DNA of 64,000 bases from positions 28,784 through 92,783 of the forward strand of contig JBQMYA010000001.1 in NCBI GenBank assembly GCA_052173735.1, given 5' to 3'. This stretch comes from Prevotella sp. (GTDB lineage Bacteria > Bacteroidota > Bacteroidia > Bacteroidales > Bacteroidaceae). A program made the translations under genes and the position numbers. Numbering within the stretch: position 1 is the first letter of the stretch; every line of letters starts with the position of its first letter. Below are positions 1 to 8,896 of this stretch, piece by piece. Under the pieces are notes generated by a model. It was given only the letters and a program-made list of their open reading frames with translations. It was not told where the DNA came from and ran no database searches.

Positions 1-605
1 ATTAAAAGCACGAAAGGCTTATCTTTATCACGCTGTTCGAGCCAGTTTAAGCCAAGATCGGTAACGATATTAGTTACATATCCCTTATGTCGAACAGTGT
101 CGTTGTTCATTGTTATGAAGTCGGGATTATAGTAATTGCCTTGTCCAGGGAATATAGTCCAATAGTCAAAGCCCGTTGGAAGGGTCTCAAGATGCCACTT
201 TCCGACGATAGCAGTTTGATAACCAGCCTTCTGAAGCAGCTTAGGAAAGGTTTGTTGAGTGCCATCAAACACGCTCATCTCATTGCTCAAGAAGCCGTTT
301 TTATGACTATGTTTGCCTGTTAACATGCACGCTCTACTTGGACCTGATAGCGAATTAGCCACAAAACTATTGGTGAATTTAACCCCATTGTCGGCAATTC
401 GGTCAAGATTAGGGGTGTTAACATAACGCTTGTCGTAACAACTCATCATTTGAGCAGTGTGATCGTCGGTCATAATCATCACCACATTGTATTTTTGTTG
501 TGGTGCTTTGTCGCCCTTGTTTTGAGCCAATGCCAATGAAGAAGGAACCAAAGCTCCGATCCATGGCGTAAGAAGTGTTGCAATGTGTGTGATTTTTGGT
601 GTCAT
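1..605 (-). CDS. Sulfatase (S1 family, Ser-type), N-terminal part; gene continues past the left edge
   Basis: Absent from the ORF track because it runs off the window. My reverse-strand translation from the ATG at 605-603 gives MTPKITHIATLLTPWIGALVPSSLALAQNKGDKAPQQKYNVVMIMTDDHTAQMMSCYDKRY...ANSLSGPSRACMLTGKHSH. It has a signal peptide, the MTDDH metal-site motif and the S-x-P-x-R (SGPSR) maturation motif. Confidence 0.8.
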   Translation of the reverse strand, partial: MTPKITHIATLLTPWIGALVPSSLALAQNKGDKAPQQKYNVVMIMTDDHTAQMMSCYDKRYVNTPNLDRIADNGVKFTNSFVANSLSGPSRACMLTGKHSHKNGFLSNEMSVFDGTQQTFPKLLQKAGYQTAIVGKWHLETLPTGFDYWTIFPGQGNYYNPDFITMNNDTVRHKGYVTNIVTDLGLNWLEQRDKDKPFVLL

Positions 606-626
606 CAAAATATTTTGTTTAGGTTT

Positions 627-714
627 CAAAAGCACTGTTATTGCATGCTAAAAGCAGTGAGTTTACACTCTAAAAGCATTGAGTTTAGGCATCAAAAGCA
701 GTGTTATTGAAATG
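627..714. repeat. 22-bp tandem unit block A (4 units, 88 bp)
   Basis: caaaagcactgttattgcatgc / taaaagcagtgagtttacactc / taaaagcattgagtttaggcat / caaaagcagtgttattgaaatg, in exact 22-bp register. Starts 22 nt from the sulfatase ATG. Confidence 0.9.
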
Positions 715-1110
715 TGATAGTGGTGCAAATGTAATCATTTGCTTTTAGATATACAAACGAAAGGAACGAAAAAAGAATGCAGGTCATAACCACATTATAA
801 GTGGAAGACTTTTATAATCGTTTATTTCTTGTTATGTTCTATAAATTATTCACAATGAAACGTTAACAATAAAGCATTTCTGCTCTTTATTTCTTTCCCA
901 CTTTCTCTCTATAATTATAAAGACGATATTCACTCTACCTACATCTTTCTTTATGAGTTTTAACAGGACGTTAAAACCCAATTATACTTTTTATAGACAA
1001 GTCTTTCTATCCCACTTCTATATATAATATAAGGTGTTAAACACTTATAGCATTTTTATTCTTTCCCAACCAAATAACCCTTACACAACAGCCATAACTG
1101 CCTCACTATT

Positions 1111-1198
1111 TAAAAGCATTGAGTTTACGCCCTAATAACTATGCTTTTACACCACAAAAGCAATGTAATTAGAAAGCAATAGCAATGCTTTTGCAACA
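1111..1198. repeat. 22-bp tandem unit block B (4 units, 88 bp)
   Basis: taaaagcattgagtttacgccc / taataactatgcttttacacca / caaaagcaatgtaattagaaag / caatagcaatgcttttgcaaca. Confidence 0.9.
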
Positions 1199-1250
1199 AA
1201 AAAAATAAATAAAAAAATGGTTTATATAAACAATGTTTGCAATAAATAAC

Positions 1251-1258
1251 TATCTTTG
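1251..1258 (+). promoter_or_regulatory. Bacteroidetes-type -7 promoter box (TAnnTTTG) for the GH32 gene
   Basis: TATCTTTG ends 36 nt before the ATG at 1295. Confidence 0.5.
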
Positions 1259-1294
1259 TTCATATCAAAGCAATACATTTAAAATAGAATCAAT

Positions 1295-2980
1295 ATGGAT
1301 AACCGACTAAAAACATTAGCACTCTGCATGCTTTCAAGTGCTACTCTTGCTTATGCTCAAACCTTTTTAAGCGACACTCAGGCAATGAAGCGCATTCAAA
1401 CCACCCATAAATATGTTTTACTTCCTGTGGAAGAGAGCGAAAATTTGGCGCATATCCGTATCATTAAGGATAATAATGTGGTGAAAGAATTCAACTGTAA
1501 GCTTGCAGTGAACAAGGTAGACTATTCTGTTCCGCTTGATGTTAGCGAGTTTGGAGGCGATGTTTTGCTCGATATTCAATTCACTGGAGAAAAGAAAAAT
1601 ACTGGTTCTATCCATTATTTCACTTGTTGGAAGGAATTGAAAGAAACCAATTCGTTCGACACTTCCAATCGTGAAAAGTACCGACCACTATACCATCACA
1701 CTCCACCTTATGGTTGGATGAACGACCCTAACGGCATTTTTTATAAAGATGGAGTGTGGCATTTGTACTTTCAATATAATCCATTTGGATCTCAATGGGA
1801 AAATATGAACTGGGGACACAGCACTTCTCGTGACCTAATTCATTGGACTTACGAGGGAGTTCCCATTCAACCCGACGCACTTGGCGTGATTTATAGCGGT
1901 TGTTGCGTTGTAGATAAAGACAATGTAGCTGGCTTTGGCAAGAATGCAGTGATTGCTTTCTACACATCGGCAGGCACTTCGCAAACTCAAAGCATTGCTT
2001 ATAGCCTCGACAACGGCAAAACTTTCACTAAATATGCGGGCAACCCCATTGTAACAAGTAATGTTCCCGACTTTAGAGATCCTAAAGTTTTTTGGAACGA
2101 AGACACCCAATTGTGGAACTTAATTCTTGCTGCTGGACAGCAAATGAGCATCTATTCGTCTAAAAATCTAAAGGATTGGACCTTTGAAAGCCACTTCGGA
2201 GAAGGCTATGGCAATCATGATGGAGTGTGGGAATGCCCCGATCTAATCAAAATGGACAACAAATGGGTGCTTCTTTGTAACATTAACCCTGGCGGACCCT
2301 ATGGAGGTAGCGCAACACAGTATTTTGTTGGGCAGTTTGATGGACACAAATTCACTTGCGAATCGGCACCAACTGTAACCAAATGGCTCGACTATGGCAA
2401 GGATCAATATGCCACTGTCACTTTCAATAACGCCCCTAATGGCAGAATAGTAGCCATTCCTTGGATGAGTAATTGGCAATATGGCAACCATGTTCCAACG
2501 CTTCAGTTTCGCTCTGCCAATGGTCTTCCTCGTGAACTCGGGCTATTTAGCTATCAAGGCGAAAGCTATATCAGTGTGAAACCCTCGCCCGAAGTATTCA
2601 AAGCATTTAGCAATAAAACTTCAGCTAAACTGCAACCCGCCTCTTATGTCGAAGTAACCAACATCAAAGGCAATGCAAGTATCACCTTAAAGAACAACCA
2701 AAACGAAGAGGTTGTGATGGTTTACGATGCCAAGAAGGGCACTTTCAGCATGGATAGGAACCAAAGTGGAGTGTCAGAGTTTAGCTCTGAGTTTAAAGCT
2801 GTTACCACTTCGCCCACCTATGGCGCAATTAGTGGTTTGCAAATCTTTGTAGATAAGAGTAGTGTTGAGGTGTTCGACGTAGACGGAAAGATGGCTATGA
2901 CGAACATAGTGTTCCCTACTTCACCTTATACCGACGTGGTTACAAAGGGCTGTAAGGTTAAAATTCATGCTTTAAAATAA
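1295..2980 (+). CDS. Glycoside hydrolase family 32 (beta-fructofuranosidase / exo-fructanase) with signal peptide and N-terminal extra domain
   Basis: 561-aa ORF with GH32 catalytic motifs WMNDPNG, FRDPKVFW and WECPDL. Signal peptide MDNRLKTLALCMLSSATLAYAQ. About 115 aa precede the catalytic domain, as in Bacteroidales GH32 enzymes. Confidence 0.92.
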   Translation: MDNRLKTLALCMLSSATLAYAQTFLSDTQAMKRIQTTHKYVLLPVEESENLAHIRIIKDNNVVKEFNCKLAVNKVDYSVPLDVSEFGGDVLLDIQFTGEKKNTGSIHYFTCWKELKETNSFDTSNREKYRPLYHHTPPYGWMNDPNGIFYKDGVWHLYFQYNPFGSQWENMNWGHSTSRDLIHWTYEGVPIQPDALGVIYSGCCVVDKDNVAGFGKNAVIAFYTSAGTSQTQSIAYSLDNGKTFTKYAGNPIVTSNVPDFRDPKVFWNEDTQLWNLILAAGQQMSIYSSKNLKDWTFESHFGEGYGNHDGVWECPDLIKMDNKWVLLCNINPGGPYGGSATQYFVGQFDGHKFTCESAPTVTKWLDYGKDQYATVTFNNAPNGRIVAIPWMSNWQYGNHVPTLQFRSANGLPRELGLFSYQGESYISVKPSPEVFKAFSNKTSAKLQPASYVEVTNIKGNASITLKNNQNEEVVMVYDAKKGTFSMDRNQSGVSEFSSEFKAVTTSPTYGAISGLQIFVDKSSVEVFDVDGKMAMTNIVFPTSPYTDVVTKGCKVKIHALK

Positions 2981-3092
2981 TCGTTCTTGCTCTCCAACTC
3001 AATCATTCTGCATGCTTTATGCACTGCTATGGGGTTTGAAGAGCGCAAGAATACGGAAACAAAAGAATTGAATAAACAACACAAATCTAAAT

Positions 3093-3977
3093 ATGAAGAA
3101 TGTAATTGTTGGCTTAGGTGAGGCCCTATGGGATTGCCTTCCTGATGGAAAGAAGCTGGGTGGAGCCCCTGCAAACTTTGCTTATCACACCGGACAGTTT
3201 GGACTTAACACCCTTGCAGTTAGTGCTCTTGGAGAAGATCCCTTAGGAACTGAAACGCTTGAAGAATTGAAAAGCAAGGGAATTAACTATCTTATGCCCC
3301 TTGTAGACTATCCTACTGGCAGCGTACAAGTGGAACTTGACAATGCAGGTGTACCCACATACGATATTAAAGAGGGCGTTGCTTGGGACAATATCCCTTT
3401 TACTCCTGAGCTAGAAGAAGTGGCTAAGCATTGTAGTTGTGTGTGCTTTGGATCGCTTGCTCAACGTAGTAGCGTGAGTAGACAAACCATTCAGAAGTTT
3501 GTTGAAGCCACTCCTGAGTCGTGTTTGAAGATATTTGACATCAATCTACGCCAAAACTTCTACACAAAAGATATTATATGCAATTCTTTAAAGCAAGCTA
3601 ATATCTTAAAAATCAACGACGAAGAGCTGGTAACGATTGGTAGATTGTTTGGCTATCCCGGCTTAGATATGGAGAATAAGTGCTGGTTATTGCTCGGAAA
3701 ATATAACTTAGACATGCTCGTTCTCACATGTGGTGTCAACGGATCTTATGTCTTTGCGCCCAATCTTTTATCGTTTAGAGAGACTCCTAAGGTTGAAGTT
3801 GCCGACACAGTAGGCGCTGGTGACTCGTTTACAGGAACCTTTGCGGCGGCTATTCTCAATGGAATAGCTATTCCAGAGGCGCACCAATTGGCAGTAGAAG
3901 CAAGTGCCTTTGTTTGCACTCAGCATGGAGCTATGCCCCAATTCCCTAAAGATTTGATTGATAAGATTAAGAAGTAA
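3093..3977 (+). CDS. Fructokinase (PfkB/ribokinase family carbohydrate kinase)
   Basis: 294-aa ORF. N-terminal GLGEALWDCLPDGKKLGGAPANFAYH and C-terminal GAGDSFTGTF motifs of PfkB kinases. Lies directly downstream of the GH32 gene. Confidence 0.85.
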   Translation: MKNVIVGLGEALWDCLPDGKKLGGAPANFAYHTGQFGLNTLAVSALGEDPLGTETLEELKSKGINYLMPLVDYPTGSVQVELDNAGVPTYDIKEGVAWDNIPFTPELEEVAKHCSCVCFGSLAQRSSVSRQTIQKFVEATPESCLKIFDINLRQNFYTKDIICNSLKQANILKINDEELVTIGRLFGYPGLDMENKCWLLLGKYNLDMLVLTCGVNGSYVFAPNLLSFRETPKVEVADTVGAGDSFTGTFAAAILNGIAIPEAHQLAVEASAFVCTQHGAMPQFPKDLIDKIKK

Positions 3978-3997
3978 ACAATAATTACAAACAAAAA

Positions 3998-4045
3998 AAA
4001 TCCTCTATTTACACCCTTTGATGTAAGTAGAGGATTTCTTTTATC
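3998..4045 (+). terminator. Rho-independent terminator after the fructokinase gene
   Basis: The 10-bp stem AAATCCTCTA / TAGAGGATTT has a 20-nt loop and a T-rich tail TCTTTTATC. It lies 20 nt after the stop. Confidence 0.6.
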
Positions 4046-4146
4046 TCTTTTAAAACACTATTAACAAGGCTCTTCGTTGTTCTTCACAAACAAGTTACAG
4101 CCGTTGTAGAATGTGGTTTCTTTATCGTTAAAACCCGATAAGAGGC

Positions 4147-5094
4147 TTATTTCTTTTTCTTTGGTTGTGCCTTCACTTCCACTGGTTCTTGTTTTGCACC
4201 GCTATCTTCAATTCTTACCAATTCAACATCAAAGATAAGGGTTGAATAAGGCTTAATTGCAGGAGTTGGAGAGCTTGCTCCATAGGCTAATTCTGCAGGT
4301 ATAAACAATTGCCATTTACTTCCTACTGGCATCATTGTAAGGGCTTCTGTCCAGCCTTTAATTACCTGACTTGCTCCGAATGTGGTTTCTTGTGGATTGC
4401 GTTTGTATGAGTTGTCAAACTCTGTTCCATCGATTGTGCGACCAACATATTTCACAGTTACCATGTCGTTTGCCTTTGGAATAGCACCATTTCCTTCTGT
4501 AATCACTTTATATTGCAAACCACTTGCAGTTGTTTTCACACCTTCTTTGGTTGCATTATCCTTCAACCACTTTTCGTTCTCACTCTTAATTGCAGCCTGT
4601 TTTCTTTCTTCATTAGCCTTATAAAAGTCGCTAAAGTATTTTTCTGCATTGTCGAAAGTGAACAATGTACTATCTTTTAGCACGCCAGCAACAAATCCTT
4701 GATAGAAAGGATCAAGTGAAAGACTATCTGAAGAATCTTTAAATGCATTGCGAGTTGTTGGAAGAACTTGGTTTTGAACTGTGCCAAACACTGCTACTCC
4801 TGCATTATATGCACTAAAAGCTTTATCGCCTTGCTTTAAACGAGCATCTTTAAAACCTTGCACAAAAGCAGCTAAATCGCTTTCGGTTAAGCCATATTGT
4901 CCTTTAAGATACTCCATTAAATGACCTGTTGAGAATAAACCAGAAGCATAACTCAACGAGTCTGCACGAGAAGTTAGGGTTACTACGTTTGCTGTAGCTT
5001 TGTTCTTCTTATTTATTTTGTTTTTGTTTGCTGCACTCATTGTTGTTGCAAAACCAAAAAGAAGCAAGCAAGCTATTAGTATTGTCTTTTTCAT
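4147..5094 (-). CDS. FKBP-type peptidyl-prolyl cis-trans isomerase, secreted (FkpA-like)
   Basis: The ORF track starts at 5151, but the internal Met at 5094 gives a normal signal peptide MKKTILIACLLLFGFATTMSA. C-terminal FKBP domain (GLQYKVITEGNG...VIKGWTEAL...LIFDVELV). Confidence 0.88.
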   Translation of the reverse strand: MKKTILIACLLLFGFATTMSAANKNKINKKNKATANVVTLTSRADSLSYASGLFSTGHLMEYLKGQYGLTESDLAAFVQGFKDARLKQGDKAFSAYNAGVAVFGTVQNQVLPTTRNAFKDSSDSLSLDPFYQGFVAGVLKDSTLFTFDNAEKYFSDFYKANEERKQAAIKSENEKWLKDNATKEGVKTTASGLQYKVITEGNGAIPKANDMVTVKYVGRTIDGTEFDNSYKRNPQETTFGASQVIKGWTEALTMMPVGSKWQLFIPAELAYGASSPTPAIKPYSTLIFDVELVRIEDSGAKQEPVEVKAQPKKKK

Positions 5095-5187
5095 TTGAAT
5101 AAAAAAATTAAATATAAAGAATAAAATTTCGATAAGATTGGTAAACAACAACTTACCTTTTTTATAGGAGTTATTATATTTTAAAAT

Positions 5188-5215
5188 AGGGACAGATGTA
5201 AAAGTATCTGTCCCT
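5188..5215 (-). terminator. Hairpin between two FKBP genes (possible terminator)
   Basis: AGGGACAGAT / ATCTGTCCCT is a 10-bp stem with an 8-nt loop. The minus-strand tail ATTTTAAAAT is only moderately U-rich. Confidence 0.4.
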
Positions 5216-5240
5216 TTTATTCTTTTTATAGAATGATTGA

Positions 5241-6116
5241 TTATTTTCCGTTAACTCCCAACAATTCTATTTTGAAAATAAGTGCAGAGAATGGTTGGAT
5301 AGGACCAGAGTTTTGACCACCATAAGCGAGGTTTTGTGGAATGTAAACTTCCCAAACACTACCTACAGGCATGCGCTTAATAGCTTCTGTCCAACCTTTA
5401 ATTACTTGGTTAAGACGGAACTCTGCAGGTTGTTTTCTTTCGTAACTGCTTTCAAAAACCTTACCATCTATGGTGCGTCCTTCATAGTGAACCTTAACCA
5501 TTGAGGTGTCTGTTGGAAGCTCACCTTTACCTTCTGTAATCACTTTATATTGCAAACCGCTAGGAAGAGTAACAACTCCTGCTTTCTTTTTGTTTAGTGC
5601 AAGGAAAGCTTCACCAGCCTTTTTGTTTGCAGAGAATTGCTTTTCATTGCTTTCACTTTGTATTTTCTTGAACAAACGTTCTGCCACTTTGCCAGCACGT
5701 TGTGCATCCATTAGCTCATTTTTACCTGTTGCTCCGTTAATGAAACCTGCGATGAAGTTTTTCAAAGAGATTGTTTTTGTGCTGTCGCCACTGAACAATT
5801 GGCTGCTAATATCTTTAACATAGCGGCCACCAAGGTTCTGTCCTACTTGTAAACCTGCATAATATGCAGCCTTTTTCTTATCATCTCCAGAGTTAGCACC
5901 ATCGTTTACACCTTTGATGAACTCGTTGATATAAGTGGTATCTACGCCCATTCTTTCAGAAAGAACGTTCTTAAAGTCGCCTGTTTGAGCAACACCCATA
6001 GCATAACTCAATGTGTCTACGTCGGTTTTAAGGTCAGCTTTAGGAGTTGAATTACCACAAGCTGAGAATGCAATCGCTGCAAATACAGCTGCTGCAGCTA
6101 ATGTAATTTTTTTCAT
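5241..6116 (-). CDS. FKBP-type peptidyl-prolyl cis-trans isomerase, lipoprotein
   Basis: 291 aa. Lipoprotein-type signal MKKITLAAAAVFAAIAFSAC. FKBP domain GLQYKVITEGKG...VIKGWTEAIKRMPVGS...LIFKIELL. Confidence 0.9.
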   Translation of the reverse strand: MKKITLAAAAVFAAIAFSACGNSTPKADLKTDVDTLSYAMGVAQTGDFKNVLSERMGVDTTYINEFIKGVNDGANSGDDKKKAAYYAGLQVGQNLGGRYVKDISSQLFSGDSTKTISLKNFIAGFINGATGKNELMDAQRAGKVAERLFKKIQSESNEKQFSANKKAGEAFLALNKKKAGVVTLPSGLQYKVITEGKGELPTDTSMVKVHYEGRTIDGKVFESSYERKQPAEFRLNQVIKGWTEAIKRMPVGSVWEVYIPQNLAYGGQNSGPIQPFSALIFKIELLGVNGK

Positions 6117-6190
6117 TTTGATATAATTGTTTTTTATAGTTTATTGCTTTATTTTCTTTATAAAAATGCTCTTTTATTGCTGTTGGGCGA

Positions 6191-6796
6191 TTATTGAACC
6201 TCAATAAGTTCTACATCGAACACCAAAGCTGCGAATGGAGGGATTGATGCGCCTGCACCTCTCTCGCCATAACCAAGAGTATAAGGAATGAAGAAGCGAT
6301 ATTTAGAACCTTCAGTCATCAATTGTAGTCCTTCAGTCCAACCTGCAATCACTTGATTTAGTGGGAAAGTGGCTGGTTCGCCACGTTGAACTGAGCTGTC
6401 AAACAATGTTCCATCAACAAGCATTCCTTCGTAATGACATTTCACTTTGTCAGTTGCTTTAGGACGTTTGCCATCTCCTTCTTTGATAACAAGATATTGC
6501 AAGCCACTAGGAAGAGTAACAACTCCTTCTTTCTTTGCATTTTCTGCAAGGTATTTCTCGCCTTCTTCTTTAGCTTTCTTACCCATTTCTGCAGCTGCAG
6601 TACGTTGTTTTTCTTCTTGTTTTTGGAAGAATTCTTGAACGATAACTTGTGCTTCAGCCTCGTCTAGTTTAAGTTGTCCACCTGCCACAACATCTTTAAT
6701 TGCTTGTGCAAAATCATCAATACTAAGTTGTTCGGCACCCATTTGAGCCAATTGTCGACCTATTCCAAGGCCTAAAGCATAGCTAAGTTTATCCAT
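6191..6796 (-). CDS. FKBP-type peptidyl-prolyl cis-trans isomerase (FklB-like, no signal peptide)
   Basis: 201 aa. FKBP_N-like helix followed by GLQYLVIKEGDG...VIAGWTEGLQLM...LVFDVELI. Confidence 0.9.
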   Translation of the reverse strand: MDKLSYALGLGIGRQLAQMGAEQLSIDDFAQAIKDVVAGGQLKLDEAEAQVIVQEFFQKQEEKQRTAAAEMGKKAKEEGEKYLAENAKKEGVVTLPSGLQYLVIKEGDGKRPKATDKVKCHYEGMLVDGTLFDSSVQRGEPATFPLNQVIAGWTEGLQLMTEGSKYRFFIPYTLGYGERGAGASIPPFAALVFDVELIEVQ

Positions 6797-6950
6797 AATT
6801 GTTTATAAATCGTATTATATTTATTTGTTTTCTTGTTTCGTTTACTAAGTCTTTGCAAATCAACATCTACAAAGCTGTCTTATCTGTTGTTTGCACTGGC
6901 ACGCAAAAGGTAGTGCATTGAATCTATTCGTTGCACCACATAGTTATATG

Positions 6951-6958
6951 CAAAGTTA
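6951..6958 (-). promoter_or_regulatory. -7 box (TAACTTTG on minus strand) upstream of the FKBP gene at 6796
   Basis: Plus strand reads CAAAGTTA. It lies about 155 nt upstream of the ATG. Confidence 0.35.
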
Positions 6959-7058
6959 ATCTTTTTATTCGTTCCACCATCTATTAATATCACTATTTTT
7001 GTTTTTTTGTGCCTTTACTCTTATTTATTTACAAAAAGGGTGCCATAAAACTACAAAA

Positions 7059-7146
7059 CAAAAGCTATGTTTTTGCATTATAATAACATTGCTTTTGCAT
7101 TCGAAAAGCATTGAGATTGGTTGCTAAAAGCATTGCTTTTATTTGG
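7059..7146. repeat. 22-bp tandem unit block C (4 units, 88 bp)
   Basis: caaaagctatgtttttgcatta / taataacattgcttttgcattc / gaaaagcattgagattggttgc / taaaagcattgcttttatttgg. Confidence 0.9.
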
Positions 7147-7493
7147 GCATGCCTATCTTATTGATTTGCAAGGGTATTCGCCTTCATTTCTCTTTTAAAA
7201 GAGATGGCATGAAAAGAAAGATAAAAAAGATTTTAATTCGATTGAAATAAGAATGCAAAAGAGAGAAACAGGGAGCCGATTGATACCCCTATTTGCATGC
7301 ATCAGCATCGCATCTCCCTCCGTTGTACAAAGAAAATCAACTTCATTGCATGAAAAAACCGTTCTCTATTATATGGAGAAACTAACTCACCTTATAGGAT
7401 ATTCAACCTCCATCGTATGGAGAAAATCGCCCTCTGCCATACGGAGGGGAAGAGAATAAACATCAAAATCTTTCATAATTAGGCAAACATTCC

Positions 7494-7501
7494 TATCTTT
7501 G
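7494..7501 (+). promoter_or_regulatory. -7 box TATCTTTG for the glycosyltransferase gene
   Basis: Ends 26 nt before the ATG at 7528. Confidence 0.5.
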
Positions 7502-7527
7502 CATATAACAATCATACTCAAAGCGAC

Positions 7528-8538
7528 ATGAAAGAAAGCTCACAAATCGACGTTGCCGTATTACTTATCTTCTTTAATCGCCCCGAAAAGTTTAAAGAAG
7601 TGTTTGCTCAAGTGCAGAAAGCCAAACCCTCGAAGCTCTTCCTTTATCAAGACGGAGCACGACATTCGGGTGATATTGAGGGCATAGAAGTATGCAGAAA
7701 CATTGCAAGCGAGATTGATTGGGAGTGCGAAGTACATCAACTTTATCAAGAAAAGAACTATGGTTGCGATCCTTCTGAGTTCATTGCACAGCGTTGGGCG
7801 TTCTCGTTTGTAGACAAATGCATCGTTATAGAAGACGATGATGTGCCCTCATTGGCATTCTTTCATTTTTGTAAAAGCATGCTCGACAAGTATGAAAACG
7901 ACCCTCGAGTGTGGATGATTGCAGGCTTTAATGCCGAAGAAAAGACCGAAGACATAACACAAGACTATTTCTTTACATCCATATTCTCAATATGGGGATG
8001 GGCATCTTGGCGTCGTGTTATTGACCAATGGGACGAACATTACACCTTTTTAAACAACAAAGAAACCCTTTCTTTGCTCACCAATTTAGTGAAAGAGCGC
8101 AATGTTCGCAACGATTTTTTAGCCATGTGCCACCGCCATAAGCAAACAGGTAAGGCGCACTACGAAACTATTTTCTGGGCATCGATGTTGCTCAACAACG
8201 GCTTAGCCATTATGCCTACACTCAACTTAGTGAACAATATAGGTGTAACAAGCAACTCAACGCACTTCACAGGATCAACAAACACGCTGCCAAAGAGCAT
8301 TAGAAAGATGTTCACCATGCAACGATTCGAACCCAAGAGCTTCGACAATCACCCCCAATACATCATAGAACACACGGCATACAAAGACCGCATTTATCGT
8401 ATGAACGCATGGAACAACCCCACAATAAAAGTAAAATATAGCTTAGAAGAATTGTGGTTGAACTTGCAAAGAGGTAATTTTTCGACAATCAAAAATGCTC
8501 TTGGCAAACGAATTAAAAAGTGGTTGAAAATAAATTAG
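7528..8538 (+). CDS. Putative GT-A fold glycosyltransferase (GNT-I / HlpA-like family)
   Basis: 336-aa ORF. N-terminus VAVLLIFFNRPEKFKEVF and acidic EDDDV motif resemble GNT-I-like bacterial glycosyltransferases. Family assignment is from memory only. TATCTTTG box lies 27 nt upstream. Confidence 0.6.
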   Translation: MKESSQIDVAVLLIFFNRPEKFKEVFAQVQKAKPSKLFLYQDGARHSGDIEGIEVCRNIASEIDWECEVHQLYQEKNYGCDPSEFIAQRWAFSFVDKCIVIEDDDVPSLAFFHFCKSMLDKYENDPRVWMIAGFNAEEKTEDITQDYFFTSIFSIWGWASWRRVIDQWDEHYTFLNNKETLSLLTNLVKERNVRNDFLAMCHRHKQTGKAHYETIFWASMLLNNGLAIMPTLNLVNNIGVTSNSTHFTGSTNTLPKSIRKMFTMQRFEPKSFDNHPQYIIEHTAYKDRIYRMNAWNNPTIKVKYSLEELWLNLQRGNFSTIKNALGKRIKKWLKIN

Positions 8539-8852
8539 AGCATCTTTACCTTTTCAATATCGTCTTTTAGGACTATAATACGAAATCTTTTCATTTTAAA
8601 TGAGCGTTCTTTTAGAGTTCAACCTCATACAAATCCATCTAAAAGAATCGGTATTTCATTTTCTTTTTCCATAAAAATTAGGTCTAGAAGGGCATCATTT
8701 TATACCACATTAAAATAAGAATACAGATATAAGAGTATGCGCTTTGCCATGGAAAAACAGGAAGATAGAAACAAGAGGACATTGAGAATTGGTTGAAAAT
8801 TGTTTACAGCCAAAGGATGAAAGCGACAAGTTCCAAACTGAAAAATGCCGCT

Positions 8853-8896
8853 TTCGGTGTTTAACATGATATGTTAAATGCCTTCAGAACACCGAA
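8853..8896. other. Nested dyad symmetry in a gene-free region
   Basis: Outer arms TTCGGTGTT (8853-8861) and AACACCGAA (8888-8896). Inner palindrome TTAACAT-gat-ATGTTAA (8861-8877). Confidence 0.35.

Noticed and set aside
87-323. 78-aa plus-strand ORF
   Set aside because: It lies entirely antisense to the well-supported sulfatase reading frame.
5095-5151. N-terminal extensions suggested by the ORF track (also 16457-16540, 38125-38169, 40429-40467, 43705-43740, 53574-53633)
   Set aside because: Internal Met codons give canonical N-termini or signal peptides. They also remove overlaps with neighbouring genes, promoter boxes or hairpins.
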